DNA of 52,096 nucleotides from an uncultured bacterium (GTDB lineage Bacteria; JAJVIF01; JAPKYR01), in the NCBI GenBank assembly GCA_965371155.1, contig CBDUXL010000001.1:1-52096 (forward strand), in the 5' to 3' direction. The translations under genes and the position numbers were made by a program. Below the pieces are notes generated by a model. That model was not told the origin of the DNA, did not search any database, and saw nothing but the letters and a program-made list of their open reading frames with translations. This document shows, one piece after another, positions 8,170 to 18,802 of the stretch (positions are counted from its first letter, which is position 1; the number at the start of each line of letters is the position of its first letter).

Positions 8170-9687
8170 TTACACCACTGCTGTCTGCTGCAAGGTTTGC
8201 GACTCGTCCTCCTGTGCAATCCTGGAGTAGAGTTTCATATATTGCTTTGCCTGCGCGGGCCAGCCGAAGTCTTTCTTCATTCCCGCGATCATCAGTCGAC
8301 GCCAGGTTGCAGGCTCGTCTCTGTAAACATCAACCGCTTTCTTGAGCGTGTTCACCAGGCTTCGGCTTGAGAATGCCTTCATTACGAATCCTGTCGCCTG
8401 ATCTTTCTTGAGACGGGCAGGTGTGGCGTTGATGACCGTATCCTTCAGGCCCCCGGTAGCGGTGACGAGCGGTACGGTGCCGTAGCGCAAGCTGTAAAGC
8501 TGGTTCAGACCGCAGGGTTCGTAGCGCGACGGCATGCAGAAGATATCACTTCCGGCCTCGATCAGGTGCGCGAGGCGATTCGAGAATTCCAATCGCACCG
8601 CAACATGCTCCGGGTACTTCAACTGGGCCTCGGAAAGCGAGGTATGGTACTTCGGTTCGCCCGTGCCCAGAATCACGAGCTTGCAGCCCATTTTCACGAT
8701 CCTGCTCATCGCCTCGGTAACCAGCTCGAACCCCTTCTGCTCGGCGAGCCTGCTTATCATGCCGATCAGCGGACCCTGCCCCTCGGGAAGGCCGACCTCT
8801 TTCAGGAGTTTGGAGCGGCACTTCCATTTCCCATCGAGCTTTTCAGGCGAGTACGAAACAGGAATGTGCGGATCGTTGCCGGGATCCCATCTCGAGTAAT
8901 CCACACCGTTCAGAATTCCGGTGAGCTTGTGAGACCTCGCATCCAGAACACCATCCAATCCCGCGCCGTGCTCCGATGTCTGGATTTCCTTTGCATAGGT
9001 GGGGCTGACGGTTGTAATGCTGTCGGCGAAGATGATTCCGCCCTTGAGGGCGTTCACCTGGCCTATGTACTCGAGGCTTTCAGGGGTGAAATAATCCCAG
9101 GGGAGGTCGAGCGCCTTGAACTTCTCGCCCGGGAAGCGACCCTGGTAACCCAGGTTGTGAATCGTCAGAACGGCGCCGGTTCCATGGAAGTAGGGATCGT
9201 CCCTGTAATGGGTCTTCAGGTAAACCACCGCCATAGAGCCTTGCCAGTCGTGGGCGTGGACAATATCGGGCTTGATCTCAAGCGCCTTGCAGGCTTCCAG
9301 AGCCCCCTTGGTGAAGATCGCAAACCGTGTCAGGTTGTCGTCGTAGTCCTTTCCGTCCTCGGTATACAATTGATCGCGATCGTAAGCGGTCGGGTAATCG
9401 ATGAACAGCACCCTGACGCCTGACGGGTCTTTGAACTCGCGGACGCAGGCTTCGCCGGTGTACCCGGGCAGGAAGAAAGGAAGGTGGTCGACGACAACAG
9501 GCAGTTCGTTTCCGGTTTTCTCGGACCAAAGAGCCACATGCCGGTAGAAGGGGATGAAAACAGTTACATTCGCTCCAAGCCGGGCCAGCTCCTTGGGAAG
9601 CGCGCCCAGCACATCGGCCAGGCCGCCGGTCTTGCAGTATGGCACCATTTCACTGGCGATGAATACGATTTCAGATGGTTGACGCAT
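8170..9687 (-). CDS. glgA: Glycogen/starch synthase (GT5)
   Basis: Motifs VFIASEMVPYCKTGGLADV and a C-terminal MPSRYEPCGL. The ATG at 9687 is preceded by GAGGAGG. The upstream ATG at 9705 is possible but less supported. Confidence 0.9.
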   Translation of the reverse strand: MRQPSEIVFIASEMVPYCKTGGLADVLGALPKELARLGANVTVFIPFYRHVALWSEKTGNELPVVVDHLPFFLPGYTGEACVREFKDPSGVRVLFIDYPTAYDRDQLYTEDGKDYDDNLTRFAIFTKGALEACKALEIKPDIVHAHDWQGSMAVVYLKTHYRDDPYFHGTGAVLTIHNLGYQGRFPGEKFKALDLPWDYFTPESLEYIGQVNALKGGIIFADSITTVSPTYAKEIQTSEHGAGLDGVLDARSHKLTGILNGVDYSRWDPGNDPHIPVSYSPEKLDGKWKCRSKLLKEVGLPEGQGPLIGMISRLAEQKGFELVTEAMSRIVKMGCKLVILGTGEPKYHTSLSEAQLKYPEHVAVRLEFSNRLAHLIEAGSDIFCMPSRYEPCGLNQLYSLRYGTVPLVTATGGLKDTVINATPARLKKDQATGFVMKAFSSRSLVNTLKKAVDVYRDEPATWRRLMIAGMKKDFGWPAQAKQYMKLYSRIAQEDESQTLQQTAVV

Positions 9688-10981
9688 GGGGTGCCTCCTC
9701 TTCATGGGGGGAATATGGACCCTTAAGGCGGGTGACCTCGCCGGAAGATTTCACGTGGGTCCATTTGGTCAATACCACGATCCCACCCGGGGTCACCACG
9801 AAGTGCTCCTGGTCGAACTCGGGATCGTAGCCTATCTCAACGCCATCTTCTATGACGCAGCCTCTGTCGATGATTGCGTTCTTGATCCTGACATGACGAC
9901 CGATGTCGCAGTCGTTGAAAATTATGCTTCCTTCAACAAGTGAATATGAGTGCACGAAAACGTTGTGGGACAGCACGCTATTCAAAACCGTGGCTCCGGA
10001 GATGATGGAGCCGGAAGCGATAATGCTGTCGATCGCCTGACCGAACCTCCCGCCTTTCTCGGCGAACACGAACTTCGCGGGTGGAAACGGTCTCATCAGA
10101 GTCCGAATGGGCCACTTGTAGTTGTAAAGGTTAATCGGAGGATGGACGGTCCTGACTTCCATGTTCGCTTCCCAGTAGCTGTCCAGCGTCCCGACATCCC
10201 GCCAGTAGTGCTTCTCGCGCTCGCCCTCGCCCGGAATCCAGTTCAGCGAGTAATCATAGGCGTACACTGTCTCCCCGCGCGAGACCATGTCGGGTATCAC
10301 GTCCCTGCCGAAATCGTGAGTGGACGAATCGTCTTTTTCCCGGTCACGAAACAAAGCGTCCCTGAGCGCGTGTGTCTCCCAGAAATAATTACCCATGCTG
10401 ACCAGAGCCATGTCGGGTCGACCGGGCATGGGGGTGGGACTGTCGGGCTTTTCCTGAAACCCGATGATTCGGCTCTTGTCGTCGACCTCGGCAATTCCAA
10501 ACCGGTTCGCGGCGTACTCTATCGGATAGGGAATGCATGCCACGGTAAGAGCGGCTCGACGTTTGAGATGAAACCTGAACATCTCACCGACATTCATCTT
10601 GTATATGTGGTCGCCGCCGAACACCGCGACATGCTCGGGAATTGTGTCCCAGATAAGATGCAGGTTCTGGAAGACCGCGTCCGCGGTTCCGGCGTACCAT
10701 CGATCCCCGGTGCGCATTTGAGCGGGCACCGAGTCGATATAGTGACCCACCGACCTGCTTAGGTTCCATCCACGCGACAGATGCATAATCAGCGAGTCGC
10801 TCATGAATTGGGTCAGGACCTTGATATGGTAGAACTTGGAGTTGATGAAGTTGGAGAGCACAAAATCGATAATGCGATATGCTCCGGCGAACGGCACCGC
10901 AGGTTTGGCGCGGTCCCCGGTCAGCGGCATAAGACGCTCGCCTCGACCCCCTGCAAGAATAATGCCGAGCATCTCAATCAT
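9671..10981 (-). CDS. glgC: Glucose-1-phosphate adenylyltransferase
   Basis: [26 protein letters not shown], followed by a C-terminal left-handed beta-helix region. The start abuts the stop of the upstream ORF (TGAATG). Confidence 0.9.
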   Translation of the reverse strand: MIEMLGIILAGGRGERLMPLTGDRAKPAVPFAGAYRIIDFVLSNFINSKFYHIKVLTQFMSDSLIMHLSRGWNLSRSVGHYIDSVPAQMRTGDRWYAGTADAVFQNLHLIWDTIPEHVAVFGGDHIYKMNVGEMFRFHLKRRAALTVACIPYPIEYAANRFGIAEVDDKSRIIGFQEKPDSPTPMPGRPDMALVSMGNYFWETHALRDALFRDREKDDSSTHDFGRDVIPDMVSRGETVYAYDYSLNWIPGEGEREKHYWRDVGTLDSYWEANMEVRTVHPPINLYNYKWPIRTLMRPFPPAKFVFAEKGGRFGQAIDSIIASGSIISGATVLNSVLSHNVFVHSYSLVEGSIIFNDCDIGRHVRIKNAIIDRGCVIEDGVEIGYDPEFDQEHFVVTPGGIVVLTKWTHVKSSGEVTRLKGPYSPHEEEAPHASTI

Positions 10982-11488
10982 TCATGCTTTCCCCTTGTCG
11001 AGCACATCGCGGGCTTTTTTCTGCAGGACTTCCGGGGACGATGGGAGGTCGGCGGGGATGTCACGTGGCGGTCGACGGAGGGGCATTCGGATGGGATTGG
11101 TGACCATAAGCGGGATTTCTTCGCCATCAACCACCCGCGCAATCACATACAGGTACTCTCCGCCAGGCTCGACTTCGGGGTCCTGGTGCCGTCCGATCGG
11201 TTCAATCTGCCGGGAGGACTCACGCTGCGGTGTCTCGCCTGCAAGCCTCAACCTGATTAATCTGAACAGAACATCCTGTGCTATGCCGGCTTCAATTACT
11301 CCGGCAAGCTCCCAGAAGACTAACGCGCGTTCGGGGGTAACGGCGATGGCAACCGCCTCATCGATTCCGTAGGCGCTATCCCATTCCGCGGGCTCCGGAA
11401 TCGGAGGCAAACCTGCACCCACGGGTCCAAGCGAAGTTTCGAGCATCGCCGACGGATGCTCTTCCTGAGTTTTGTCCTGTTCACCCAT
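10982..11488 (-). CDS. DUF4912-like protein, commonly linked to GH57 glucan genes
   Basis: [21 protein letters not shown] resembles the DUF4912 signature as I recall it. It sits inside the operon and appears translationally coupled to glgC. Confidence 0.5.
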   Translation of the reverse strand: MGEQDKTQEEHPSAMLETSLGPVGAGLPPIPEPAEWDSAYGIDEAVAIAVTPERALVFWELAGVIEAGIAQDVLFRLIRLRLAGETPQRESSRQIEPIGRHQDPEVEPGGEYLYVIARVVDGEEIPLMVTNPIRMPLRRPPRDIPADLPSSPEVLQKKARDVLDKGKA

Positions 11489-11595
11489 CTCCTACCCTCC
11501 GGTTAAATCCCTATTCATTTTTATTGTCCAAGAATATAGCGCACTTTGTGTCGATACTACCACCCTATAGCTGCTTTTTCGGACAAAATGCCTGA

Positions 11596-13734
11596 TTATC
11601 GGTTTGGCTCGATTGTCATTCTGCTCCCGCTGTTCCACGCGGAACCGCCGCCCAGCTTGATCGGCACCCGAAAAACAAGCGATGTCCCCTGGTATGTCAT
11701 TTCGAGACCGCCTTCACTTCTGCTGAGTGTCTTTACCGGATAAACGCCCAGCCAGTCGGCGCCGTCGACCTGGCACGTGATCCGCACGTTGGACCATTCG
11801 TCAACGGCGATTGCCTCGGAAACGCCGTCCAACTCAAAATCGGACGCCAGCGGCAGACGTTCACCCGAGGGAAGCAGATGATAGCGGTCGGGAGCCTCAC
11901 CTGCCAGCAATCCGAGATTGAACTCCAGCAAAAGAAAGCCGTTATAGGCAGCGTGATCAGACCTCGATAGCCTGTAATGCACTATCGCGGTTGAGCCCTG
12001 GTTGTCGAGAGAAAAAGTTTTTTCCCGGCGCCATGGACCGTGGGTGTTGGTCAACTCAACGGAATTCCCTGTTATCCTGGTATCCCAGAATCCGCAAAGC
12101 GGGCCGACCTCGACAGTATACTCGACGCGAGCGAGCCGATCCAGAGATGGCGGCACATCAATCACACGATCCGCAAAACACCCTCGCCTGCATTCATCAT
12201 AACCATGACCATCGCGCCACCCCGGCGGGGCGATCTCAACCATGTCATGAATGCTCGCAGGCTCAGCGGCTTCATCGATCTCATCGCTTTCTTTCATGGT
12301 GGCGTGGTACGCTTCAGGTCTGCGCGCCAGAACATCGATTACGTCTATTTCTCTCTCCAAATCACCCGCTGCAATGATCTGCCCGGTGACCGGATCGATC
12401 ACCCAATGAACGCGTTCGGTCGCTACCAGAACGGCGGATTCCGGTTCGGGAATTTCAACGCCCTTTTCGGAATCCACGTGTCGCGTGCCAAGGAACCTGA
12501 TTGTCTTCGGCGGCGAGTCCGCACGCATGAAAGCCTTCTCCGCCGCGAGAACCTCCCTGTGAACTGCGAACCGAAGGTAGTTCAGATACAGCCCCCCGAA
12601 AACACCGTGCCAGTAGGCGCAATTGCACTGGGCTCTAAGAGCGTGCCATAAGGCTCGTTGCAGCGGAGCTGCGTCTTTTTCATGTGACGGCTCCACATTC
12701 GGGTCCTGGGCGACAATTCCCCTAATCAGTTCCGCAACGCGCTCGTGCATGTATCGACTTTCGAGGTAGCGCGCAAGGAAGTTACGGAAGAATCCCGCGG
12801 CATGTGGCGGGCCGATCCTGCTGAGTTCCTCGTTCTTTTCCACGAACCGGTGAATCTGCTCGGCTCCGAGGTTCCTGCGAGGGTACAGTGTCCAGATGCC
12901 CATTTCCCGGTAGCTCGATGTGGGCACGTACACGCGACGTCGCGGGCGGGGCATGAGTTCCATGTATTTCGAGGGGTGAGTTGTGGTGATTACCTTTGAT
13001 TCCTCAATCCTTCCGAGGAACTCGTCCAGCCATCCTTTCTCATAAACCCACTCATAAGTTTCCGGCCAGAGTCCGAACTTCTCGCCGTCGTCACCGTAAG
13101 TGATCGCCGCATCGTTGGGAAGCTTTCCGGCAAGGCCCTCCAGATACCTGACCACTTCATCCGCCTTGTGAAACGGAATAAAGTACCTGAGGCTCTCATC
13201 AATTGGAAAAATGGCGATGCTTTTCTCATTGTGCTCGGTGCGATAGTACCCCCAAACCGGATCCTCATCGGCCGGAGGCAAACCCGCGCGCAACTGGCTG
13301 TCGTCAAGAAGGGTGTAGCGTATGCCGGCATCCGCGAGCCTCGCCGCCAGGACAGGTTCCCATACTCGCTCGGTCGTCCAGCTTCCGATCGGGTCCACAC
13401 CGAAGCGGTCTTTCAGGAAATCGCGCATTCCCTTGAACTGGAACCGGCAGGAAGTCTCATGCAGAAGCGGCTGGATCGGTTCCCACATTCCGCCGGTGAG
13501 GAATTCGAGCCGCCCCGCAGAGTGCTCTACCCTGAGGGCATCCATGTATCCGGGTTCTTCCTTTTCAAACCACTCCCAAAGGCAACCTGACGCGTGCAGA
13601 GCCCATTTGATTCCCGGGTGACGGCGCACCACGTCGAGAAAGGGCGCGTAGGCGATGTCGTAAGCTTTTCTGAAGACCTCGGGGAGGTTCCCTAGCGGCT
13701 GGTGATTGTGTATTACGAGAAGCAGACGGAGCAT
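11596..13734 (-). CDS. GH57-family 4-alpha-glucanotransferase
   Basis: There are long collinear matches to my recollection of the Thermococcus litoralis enzyme: IHNHQPLGN, TERVWEP, FPIDESLRYFIPF, GDDGEKFGLWPETYEWVYEKGWLDEF and AQCNCAYWHGVFGGLYL. Confidence 0.88.
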   Translation of the reverse strand: MLRLLLVIHNHQPLGNLPEVFRKAYDIAYAPFLDVVRRHPGIKWALHASGCLWEWFEKEEPGYMDALRVEHSAGRLEFLTGGMWEPIQPLLHETSCRFQFKGMRDFLKDRFGVDPIGSWTTERVWEPVLAARLADAGIRYTLLDDSQLRAGLPPADEDPVWGYYRTEHNEKSIAIFPIDESLRYFIPFHKADEVVRYLEGLAGKLPNDAAITYGDDGEKFGLWPETYEWVYEKGWLDEFLGRIEESKVITTTHPSKYMELMPRPRRRVYVPTSSYREMGIWTLYPRRNLGAEQIHRFVEKNEELSRIGPPHAAGFFRNFLARYLESRYMHERVAELIRGIVAQDPNVEPSHEKDAAPLQRALWHALRAQCNCAYWHGVFGGLYLNYLRFAVHREVLAAEKAFMRADSPPKTIRFLGTRHVDSEKGVEIPEPESAVLVATERVHWVIDPVTGQIIAAGDLEREIDVIDVLARRPEAYHATMKESDEIDEAAEPASIHDMVEIAPPGWRDGHGYDECRRGCFADRVIDVPPSLDRLARVEYTVEVGPLCGFWDTRITGNSVELTNTHGPWRREKTFSLDNQGSTAIVHYRLSRSDHAAYNGFLLLEFNLGLLAGEAPDRYHLLPSGERLPLASDFELDGVSEAIAVDEWSNVRITCQVDGADWLGVYPVKTLSRSEGGLEMTYQGTSLVFRVPIKLGGGSAWNSGSRMTIEPNR

Positions 13735-13761
13735 TAGGAAATTTCCCTTACCACGATTGCA

Positions 13762-15951
13762 TCATTCCCGCCAGAGGCTTCCCATGTAGCGCTCGTCAGG
13801 AATCACCAGCGAAATTGTCCCGAACAACGGACATCGGTCCACTTGTTCGATACCGCGCATGATAAAGCAGGCAAAGCTGAGTGTTGATTTCGGTGAAAGC
13901 TCCAGGATCTCATTGGGGATCGCGAGTTCAACAACTTCCCCAACCGCCGCGGAGGTGAGTGTTTCGATCCGGCAAGCGCGATGTTGGCTGTCCGCCCTGT
14001 AAAGCCGCAGAAGCGCCCGTGGATCCTGCACAAGCTCCATTGCAAGACCCACCTCGGCAGGTTTTATCACCCGTATAATTAGTATGTCGTCCTTGTGCAA
14101 ACTCTCGCGATCGATGTCGATCCTGATGAAAACGTTTGATGAGTCGGCACCGAAGTACAGGTCGGTAATCGGACCCGATTTCGCCCTGCCCACAAGCCCC
14201 TCGAGCAGGCTTGCCTTGAGGTGTCCAGCCCCTGACCATTCATAGAAAGTCGTGATCCTGCCGTCGATGTCGGGATCAATAATGTCAAGCGGCGCTTCGA
14301 CACTCACATTGTCAATCGGAAGCTCGGGATCGACCGGAACCAGCACGTCGATCGGCGGCTCCAGACCCATCAATTCGTATGCCCTCTTGACTCTGCGCCG
14401 GAAAATGATGTCGAACACGTAGTCCAGAACGCTGTGGAACGGCTCTCCGTACCACCAGAACCAGTCGCTTCCCTCCGCGACCCACAACTGTTCAAGGACT
14501 TTCCGACGCTCCTCGCCCCCGATTTCATCCTCGCTGTCCTCGGGGACGGGATAGATCTCATCAAGATGGTCGCGGGCCTCGGCCAGGATGGCCCAGGCGC
14601 GACGGTCCTCCTCGCAGCCCATCCAGATGTCGAAATTGCCGCCTATCCAGCTACCGGCCCCAAGTTTCTCCACACGATCCTTTGACGGGAAATCGGCGAG
14701 GTAATCCGACGGGGTGGTAAATCGGATGTTGGGGTGATCCTCAATTACCTCCGCAAGGCCCGTCAAGAAGCCCTCGCCGCCGTCCGGATAATACTCCCAC
14801 GGATTCTCGCCGTCGCAGACCAGAGTGACCAAAGGTGGTGGGGCTTTCGGCTTGGCGAGCTTGACTATGTCTTCGAGGTGGCCTACGAAGGTCTTTACAG
14901 CTTCCCACGGTTCCAGTCGAGAGTATTTGAAGCCGATATCATCCGAAAGTCCTCGATTTCTAAAAAAACAGTACAGTGGCGGGCCATCGGCTTTACCCAC
15001 CAGCCAGGGGCGCCACATTGTTGCCTTGCCGGGCACGATTGTGCCGGTGGTCGGATCGAGCAGAAGCGCCTCATCCGCGGCCATCCACTTGAGGCCTGCT
15101 TCCTGGATCATCTCCACCACCGCCTGACTGACTGCGCCCTCACTGGGCCACATTCCCCTGGGGGGGAATCCGAACACGCTCTTGAAGATCTCCAATCCCC
15201 GCTTGATTTGTCTTTTCCCATCCTCGGGATATCGAAAAACCGGCGTTTGGGGATGATGGTCGGGTCGTACACGGCTGTCAATGAGGAGAGGCAGGATCGG
15301 ATGATTATCCGGTGTGCAGGTCAGCTCGAGGATGCCTTTCGACGCAAGGCTCCAGTAAGCCGGCACGATTTTCTTGATCGCCTCTCGGTGCTTTTCAAGA
15401 ACCGTCAGCTTCTCTTCCTCAGTGTAACCGCGTTCCTTCTCGATGAGAGCTTTGATGACCGGATCGTTCCGAAGAGTGAAGCCGAACCATGCCAGATTGA
15501 AAAGCACCACAAGGTCGCGGAAATCCGAGCGTGTGAACTGGGCCCTCACGTACTCGAGGTCAACACCCTCGATGTTCCGCCCTCGTTTCATCAAGAGCTG
15601 GTGATACCTCGGGTGCGGGCGGACATGAACATCCCAATTAATAAGGAAACAGTGCCTGAGGAGATAATCGCAATCGCTTACGGTAAGCTCGTCGGCAGGC
15701 TTCTTTGAAAGCTCGAAGAAATGATCTCGTTCCAGGTTCCCTGAGAGTTCCGTAAGCTGGCTCAGGAGAACCGGGCTGAAATTAATCGTCTGGTGAAAGT
15801 GGGGGTACTTCTCGGAGATCACGGCAAGATCGGTATATCCCCTGAGCGCATGGAGCCGCACCCATGGAAGCAGGTGCACGCCTGTTTCCGGATCGCGGTA
15901 ATCCGGCTGGTGCATGTGCCAAATTAGGGCAAGTCTGATCTCCTTGGCCAT
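13762..15951 (-). CDS. GH57-family glycoside hydrolase (amylopullulanase/alpha-amylase-like)
   Basis: IWHMHQPDYRDPETGVHLLPWVRLHA is the GH57 region I motif. The length is ~730 aa. I prefer the ATG at 15951; the TTG at 15969 would overlap the galT stop. Confidence 0.8.
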   Translation of the reverse strand: MAKEIRLALIWHMHQPDYRDPETGVHLLPWVRLHALRGYTDLAVISEKYPHFHQTINFSPVLLSQLTELSGNLERDHFFELSKKPADELTVSDCDYLLRHCFLINWDVHVRPHPRYHQLLMKRGRNIEGVDLEYVRAQFTRSDFRDLVVLFNLAWFGFTLRNDPVIKALIEKERGYTEEEKLTVLEKHREAIKKIVPAYWSLASKGILELTCTPDNHPILPLLIDSRVRPDHHPQTPVFRYPEDGKRQIKRGLEIFKSVFGFPPRGMWPSEGAVSQAVVEMIQEAGLKWMAADEALLLDPTTGTIVPGKATMWRPWLVGKADGPPLYCFFRNRGLSDDIGFKYSRLEPWEAVKTFVGHLEDIVKLAKPKAPPPLVTLVCDGENPWEYYPDGGEGFLTGLAEVIEDHPNIRFTTPSDYLADFPSKDRVEKLGAGSWIGGNFDIWMGCEEDRRAWAILAEARDHLDEIYPVPEDSEDEIGGEERRKVLEQLWVAEGSDWFWWYGEPFHSVLDYVFDIIFRRRVKRAYELMGLEPPIDVLVPVDPELPIDNVSVEAPLDIIDPDIDGRITTFYEWSGAGHLKASLLEGLVGRAKSGPITDLYFGADSSNVFIRIDIDRESLHKDDILIIRVIKPAEVGLAMELVQDPRALLRLYRADSQHRACRIETLTSAAVGEVVELAIPNEILELSPKSTLSFACFIMRGIEQVDRCPLFGTISLVIPDERYMGSLWRE

Positions 15952-15965
15952 AGCCCGGCGGTGGT

Positions 15966-16988
15966 TCAAACCACCTCACGAAGGTAACGAGCGGCTTCCT
16001 CCGGAGGAGTCGGGTTGATATAGAAACCGGTTCCCCATTCGAAGCCGGCGGTCCTGGTCAAGCGCGGGAACATCTCGATATGCCAATGGTAATGCGCGTG
16101 ACCGTAAGGGAACCCTTCCTCCAGAGCGCGCTCGCTCGGTGCTGTGTGAAGTATATAGTTGTAATGGACCTCGCCCAGCGTCTTCTTGTATTTGCCGACC
16201 AGACGGGTCATAACTCCCGCCAGGTCCCTGAGTTCGTCATCGGATGACTGCGTGTAGTCCGCTTGGTGGCGGGTAGGGATAATCCAAAGCTCAAACGGAT
16301 GACTGGAGGCGAACGGAGTCACAGCCAGGAAATGGTTGCTCGCGAGTACCACCCGCTCCTCAAACATCTGCTCCTGGTCCAGGATATCACAGAAAATGCA
16401 CCGCTTCTTGAACCTGTAATGCTCCTGCGAGCCGGTGAGCTCCTCGGTGACGCGTTTCGGCATGATTGGAGTGGCGATTATCTGGGAGTGCGGATGGCTC
16501 AAACTCGCGCCCGCCAGGATTCCGTAGTTTCGGAACACCAAGATGTACGAGAACCTGTCATCACGCTGGAGGTCGACAATTCGCTCGCGATATGCTCGAT
16601 AGACAATAAAGTTCTCCTCAATGTCGCGAGCGTCGATATCCCTGTGGTGGTCAGGGTTCTCGATCACCACCTCGTGGGCACCGACTCCGTTCATCTTGTC
16701 GTAGAGACCGACTCCCTTGCGCCCGAGCTGACCCTCAATCCTGAGAGCGGGAAATTTGTTCGGTATGACCCTGAGCTTCCAGCCCGGGCTATCAGGCTGG
16801 CTTCCCGGCGGCCTTACCGCTCCTACTTCCGGAGGGGTCATCTCCTCGTTGCCGGGGCAGAACGGGCAGTTCGTGATGTTCATCTTGCCCCCCTCCGAAT
16901 CGTGTTTGAAGTCGCTGGGACGTTTACCTCTCTCAGTTGCGATAATCACCCATCGTCCCAGCACCGGGTCTTTTCTTAGCTCTGGCAT
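15966..16988 (-). CDS. galT: GalT-family hexose-1-phosphate nucleotidyltransferase (possibly an ADP-glucose phosphorylase-type enzyme, given the operon context)
   Basis: It has the zinc motif CPFCPGNE and the HIT-like catalytic motif SHPHSQI. It is the first gene of the alpha-glucan operon. Confidence 0.8.
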   Translation of the reverse strand: MPELRKDPVLGRWVIIATERGKRPSDFKHDSEGGKMNITNCPFCPGNEEMTPPEVGAVRPPGSQPDSPGWKLRVIPNKFPALRIEGQLGRKGVGLYDKMNGVGAHEVVIENPDHHRDIDARDIEENFIVYRAYRERIVDLQRDDRFSYILVFRNYGILAGASLSHPHSQIIATPIMPKRVTEELTGSQEHYRFKKRCIFCDILDQEQMFEERVVLASNHFLAVTPFASSHPFELWIIPTRHQADYTQSSDDELRDLAGVMTRLVGKYKKTLGEVHYNYILHTAPSERALEEGFPYGHAHYHWHIEMFPRLTRTAGFEWGTGFYINPTPPEEAARYLREVV

Positions 16989-17276
16989 ACCGTTTCCGAT
17001 CCCCTGACTCGCAGGATTGTATCACATTAATTCGAGTAAACCCCCACTCCTCCGCTCAGAATGGGCACTATTAGAATCCTGTTCCGGCGCTCAAAATGTC
17101 GCTCAGAGCGGAAGCGGTTGCCTGTATGAGGGAAGTCGAGTGGGGTTGGTGTCAGCAACTATCGGAATCCGGATGATTCTGATCAAGCAATGAATGGAGT
17201 GAGTTGCGGATGCGGGTGCAAATATTAAAAGCCTTCTCGGCATCAGTAGGCAACGCGGTAGTCACCTTCGGCTTTC

Positions 17277-17606
17277 CTAATCCACTCTTTTATCGTTTCG
17301 TTCATAAAGTACCTTACCACTATCAATAGCCTCACGGATCAGCGGGTCGCCTTCTTCATATCGTCTGGCGGTATCGTCAGGGCGGCATGCAAGAAGGTCG
17401 ACAGGGAACTCAGGATTAGCTTTGTTGAGAATTTCAAGCGATTTAATGAAAGGCCGTTCGTCAAATGGCAGGATTACCAGCAGATCAACATCGCTGTGAA
17501 CGGTTGGATGACCGGTGGCATAGGAGCCAAAAAGCAGGATCCTGAGAGGCTGAAATTGACTTACGATTCGCCGACATAACTCCTCAATTTCCTCCATAGT
17601 AACCAT
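17277..17606 (-). CDS. Minimal nucleotidyltransferase (MNT/MntA-like antitoxin family)
   Basis: LFGSYATGHPTVHSDVDLLVIL matches the GS..(D/E).D signature. The size (109 aa) is typical. Confidence 0.8.
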   Translation of the reverse strand: MVTMEEIEELCRRIVSQFQPLRILLFGSYATGHPTVHSDVDLLVILPFDERPFIKSLEILNKANPEFPVDLLACRPDDTARRYEEGDPLIREAIDSGKVLYERNDKRVD

Positions 17607-17818
17607 GAAACAAACCTCCAGATGGGCGCGTCCATTATACCTGAATTCAGTTCATTCAGCCCGAAAACACGGTACGTTCCGGTTGGTTACTCTTGGACTC
17701 TTGGCTCAGGCTGAGATTCTTCCTCATATGGCACCCGCGTACCCCGCGTGATAGATTGTTATCATCCGTCCGCCTCAAATCGTGCTATCATGCAATGCCT
17801 GCGATGCTTCGACGCTGA

Positions 17819-18802
17819 GTGACCAAAGCTGCAATGCTTGACAATCGCCGCAAGAAACAGGTTGCCGCAAGATTAAGTCTGGCTGCCGTTGCCCTGGTCC
17901 TCTTGCTTGCGGAATTCTTCCTGCTCTTGCACATGAGAAGCTACATGCCCTGCGGTATCGGACCTGCATTGAAGTACGAGTCGCTTCCGCCGGAGCTTGA
18001 ATTCCCGGTTGAGAGTGATCGGACCGGTTTCATCAGAAGTGATTTGGACACATTGGCACTAAAAGTCGGAGAAGAGCTGGAATACTTGGATCCAAGCGTT
18101 TTTCAGACTGATCTCATCATGGCAAGCGCTATCAGGGACTGGACGCGCCGGAAAGCCGGCGGGATCGGGAAGGACATCGATTCACGCAATCCGTGCGAGG
18201 TCCTCGAAGCCATGGAAGCAGGCGCGAAAGCTCACTGCGAGCCATTTGCGATACTGTACATGGCTGCTATCGAAGGTTTCGGCATGCACGCTCGCGAGAT
18301 CGCCCTGTTTGCCGAGCCTGGCGACTTCCACAAGGCTCACTCCACGGTGGAAGTCTGGACCGACTCCGGCTGGGTCTTGCAGGATCCCACTTTCAATGCT
18401 GTCCCACTCAGCCCGGATGGTAGTCCCCTGGACGCCGCGGCTGTCCAGGCGGTTTATGCTGAAGGGGGGCAGGTCATCTGGGAACAGGATGTGAATGAAA
18501 CCGAGCCGAAAATGGAGGGTTATAACATTCCTCCCAGGGAGTTGTATCGCTACGTTTTCTACCGACTTCACAGGTATCCGGCCGATATTCCCCGACCGAA
18601 ACTGTGGCTTGCCCGTTTCATCGATCGTCTCACCGGGCGGGTGGAGTGCGTTCTGGTAACGCGGGAGGATTTTCCTATTGGAAATGCGGTCATGGTCGGA
18701 ACGGTGGACCGATTCCTGGTCTTTCCCGCGATCATCTTTTTCGTTGCTGTGTTGGTTCCGTGGCCGTCCAGGACAATCAGACCGGGTCATCATAACACGT
18801 AG
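17819..18802 (+). CDS. Membrane-anchored transglutaminase-like cysteine protease superfamily protein
   Basis: There are N- and C-terminal hydrophobic helices. A Cys-His-Asp core is present: KAHCEPFAILYMA, HSTVEVW, LQDPTF. The start could be the GTG at 17819 or the ATG at 17834. Confidence 0.7.
   Translation: MTKAAMLDNRRKKQVAARLSLAAVALVLLLAEFFLLLHMRSYMPCGIGPALKYESLPPELEFPVESDRTGFIRSDLDTLALKVGEELEYLDPSVFQTDLIMASAIRDWTRRKAGGIGKDIDSRNPCEVLEAMEAGAKAHCEPFAILYMAAIEGFGMHAREIALFAEPGDFHKAHSTVEVWTDSGWVLQDPTFNAVPLSPDGSPLDAAAVQAVYAEGGQVIWEQDVNETEPKMEGYNIPPRELYRYVFYRLHRYPADIPRPKLWLARFIDRLTGRVECVLVTREDFPIGNAVMVGTVDRFLVFPAIIFFVAVLVPWPSRTIRPGHHNT

Noticed and set aside
6890-16979. Long plus-strand ORFs inside the glycogen operon (6890-7900, 8566-9423, 9950-10762, 14734-15708, 16263-16979)
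   Set aside because: All are antisense to minus-strand genes with strong family motifs. They are shadow ORFs of GC-rich coding sequence.
17000-17276. 37-codon GTG ORF downstream of MNT containing RIRNSLH as a possible HEPN Rx4-6H motif
   Set aside because: It is far too short for a HEPN domain, and the spacing does not fit the RNxxxH pattern of DUF86.
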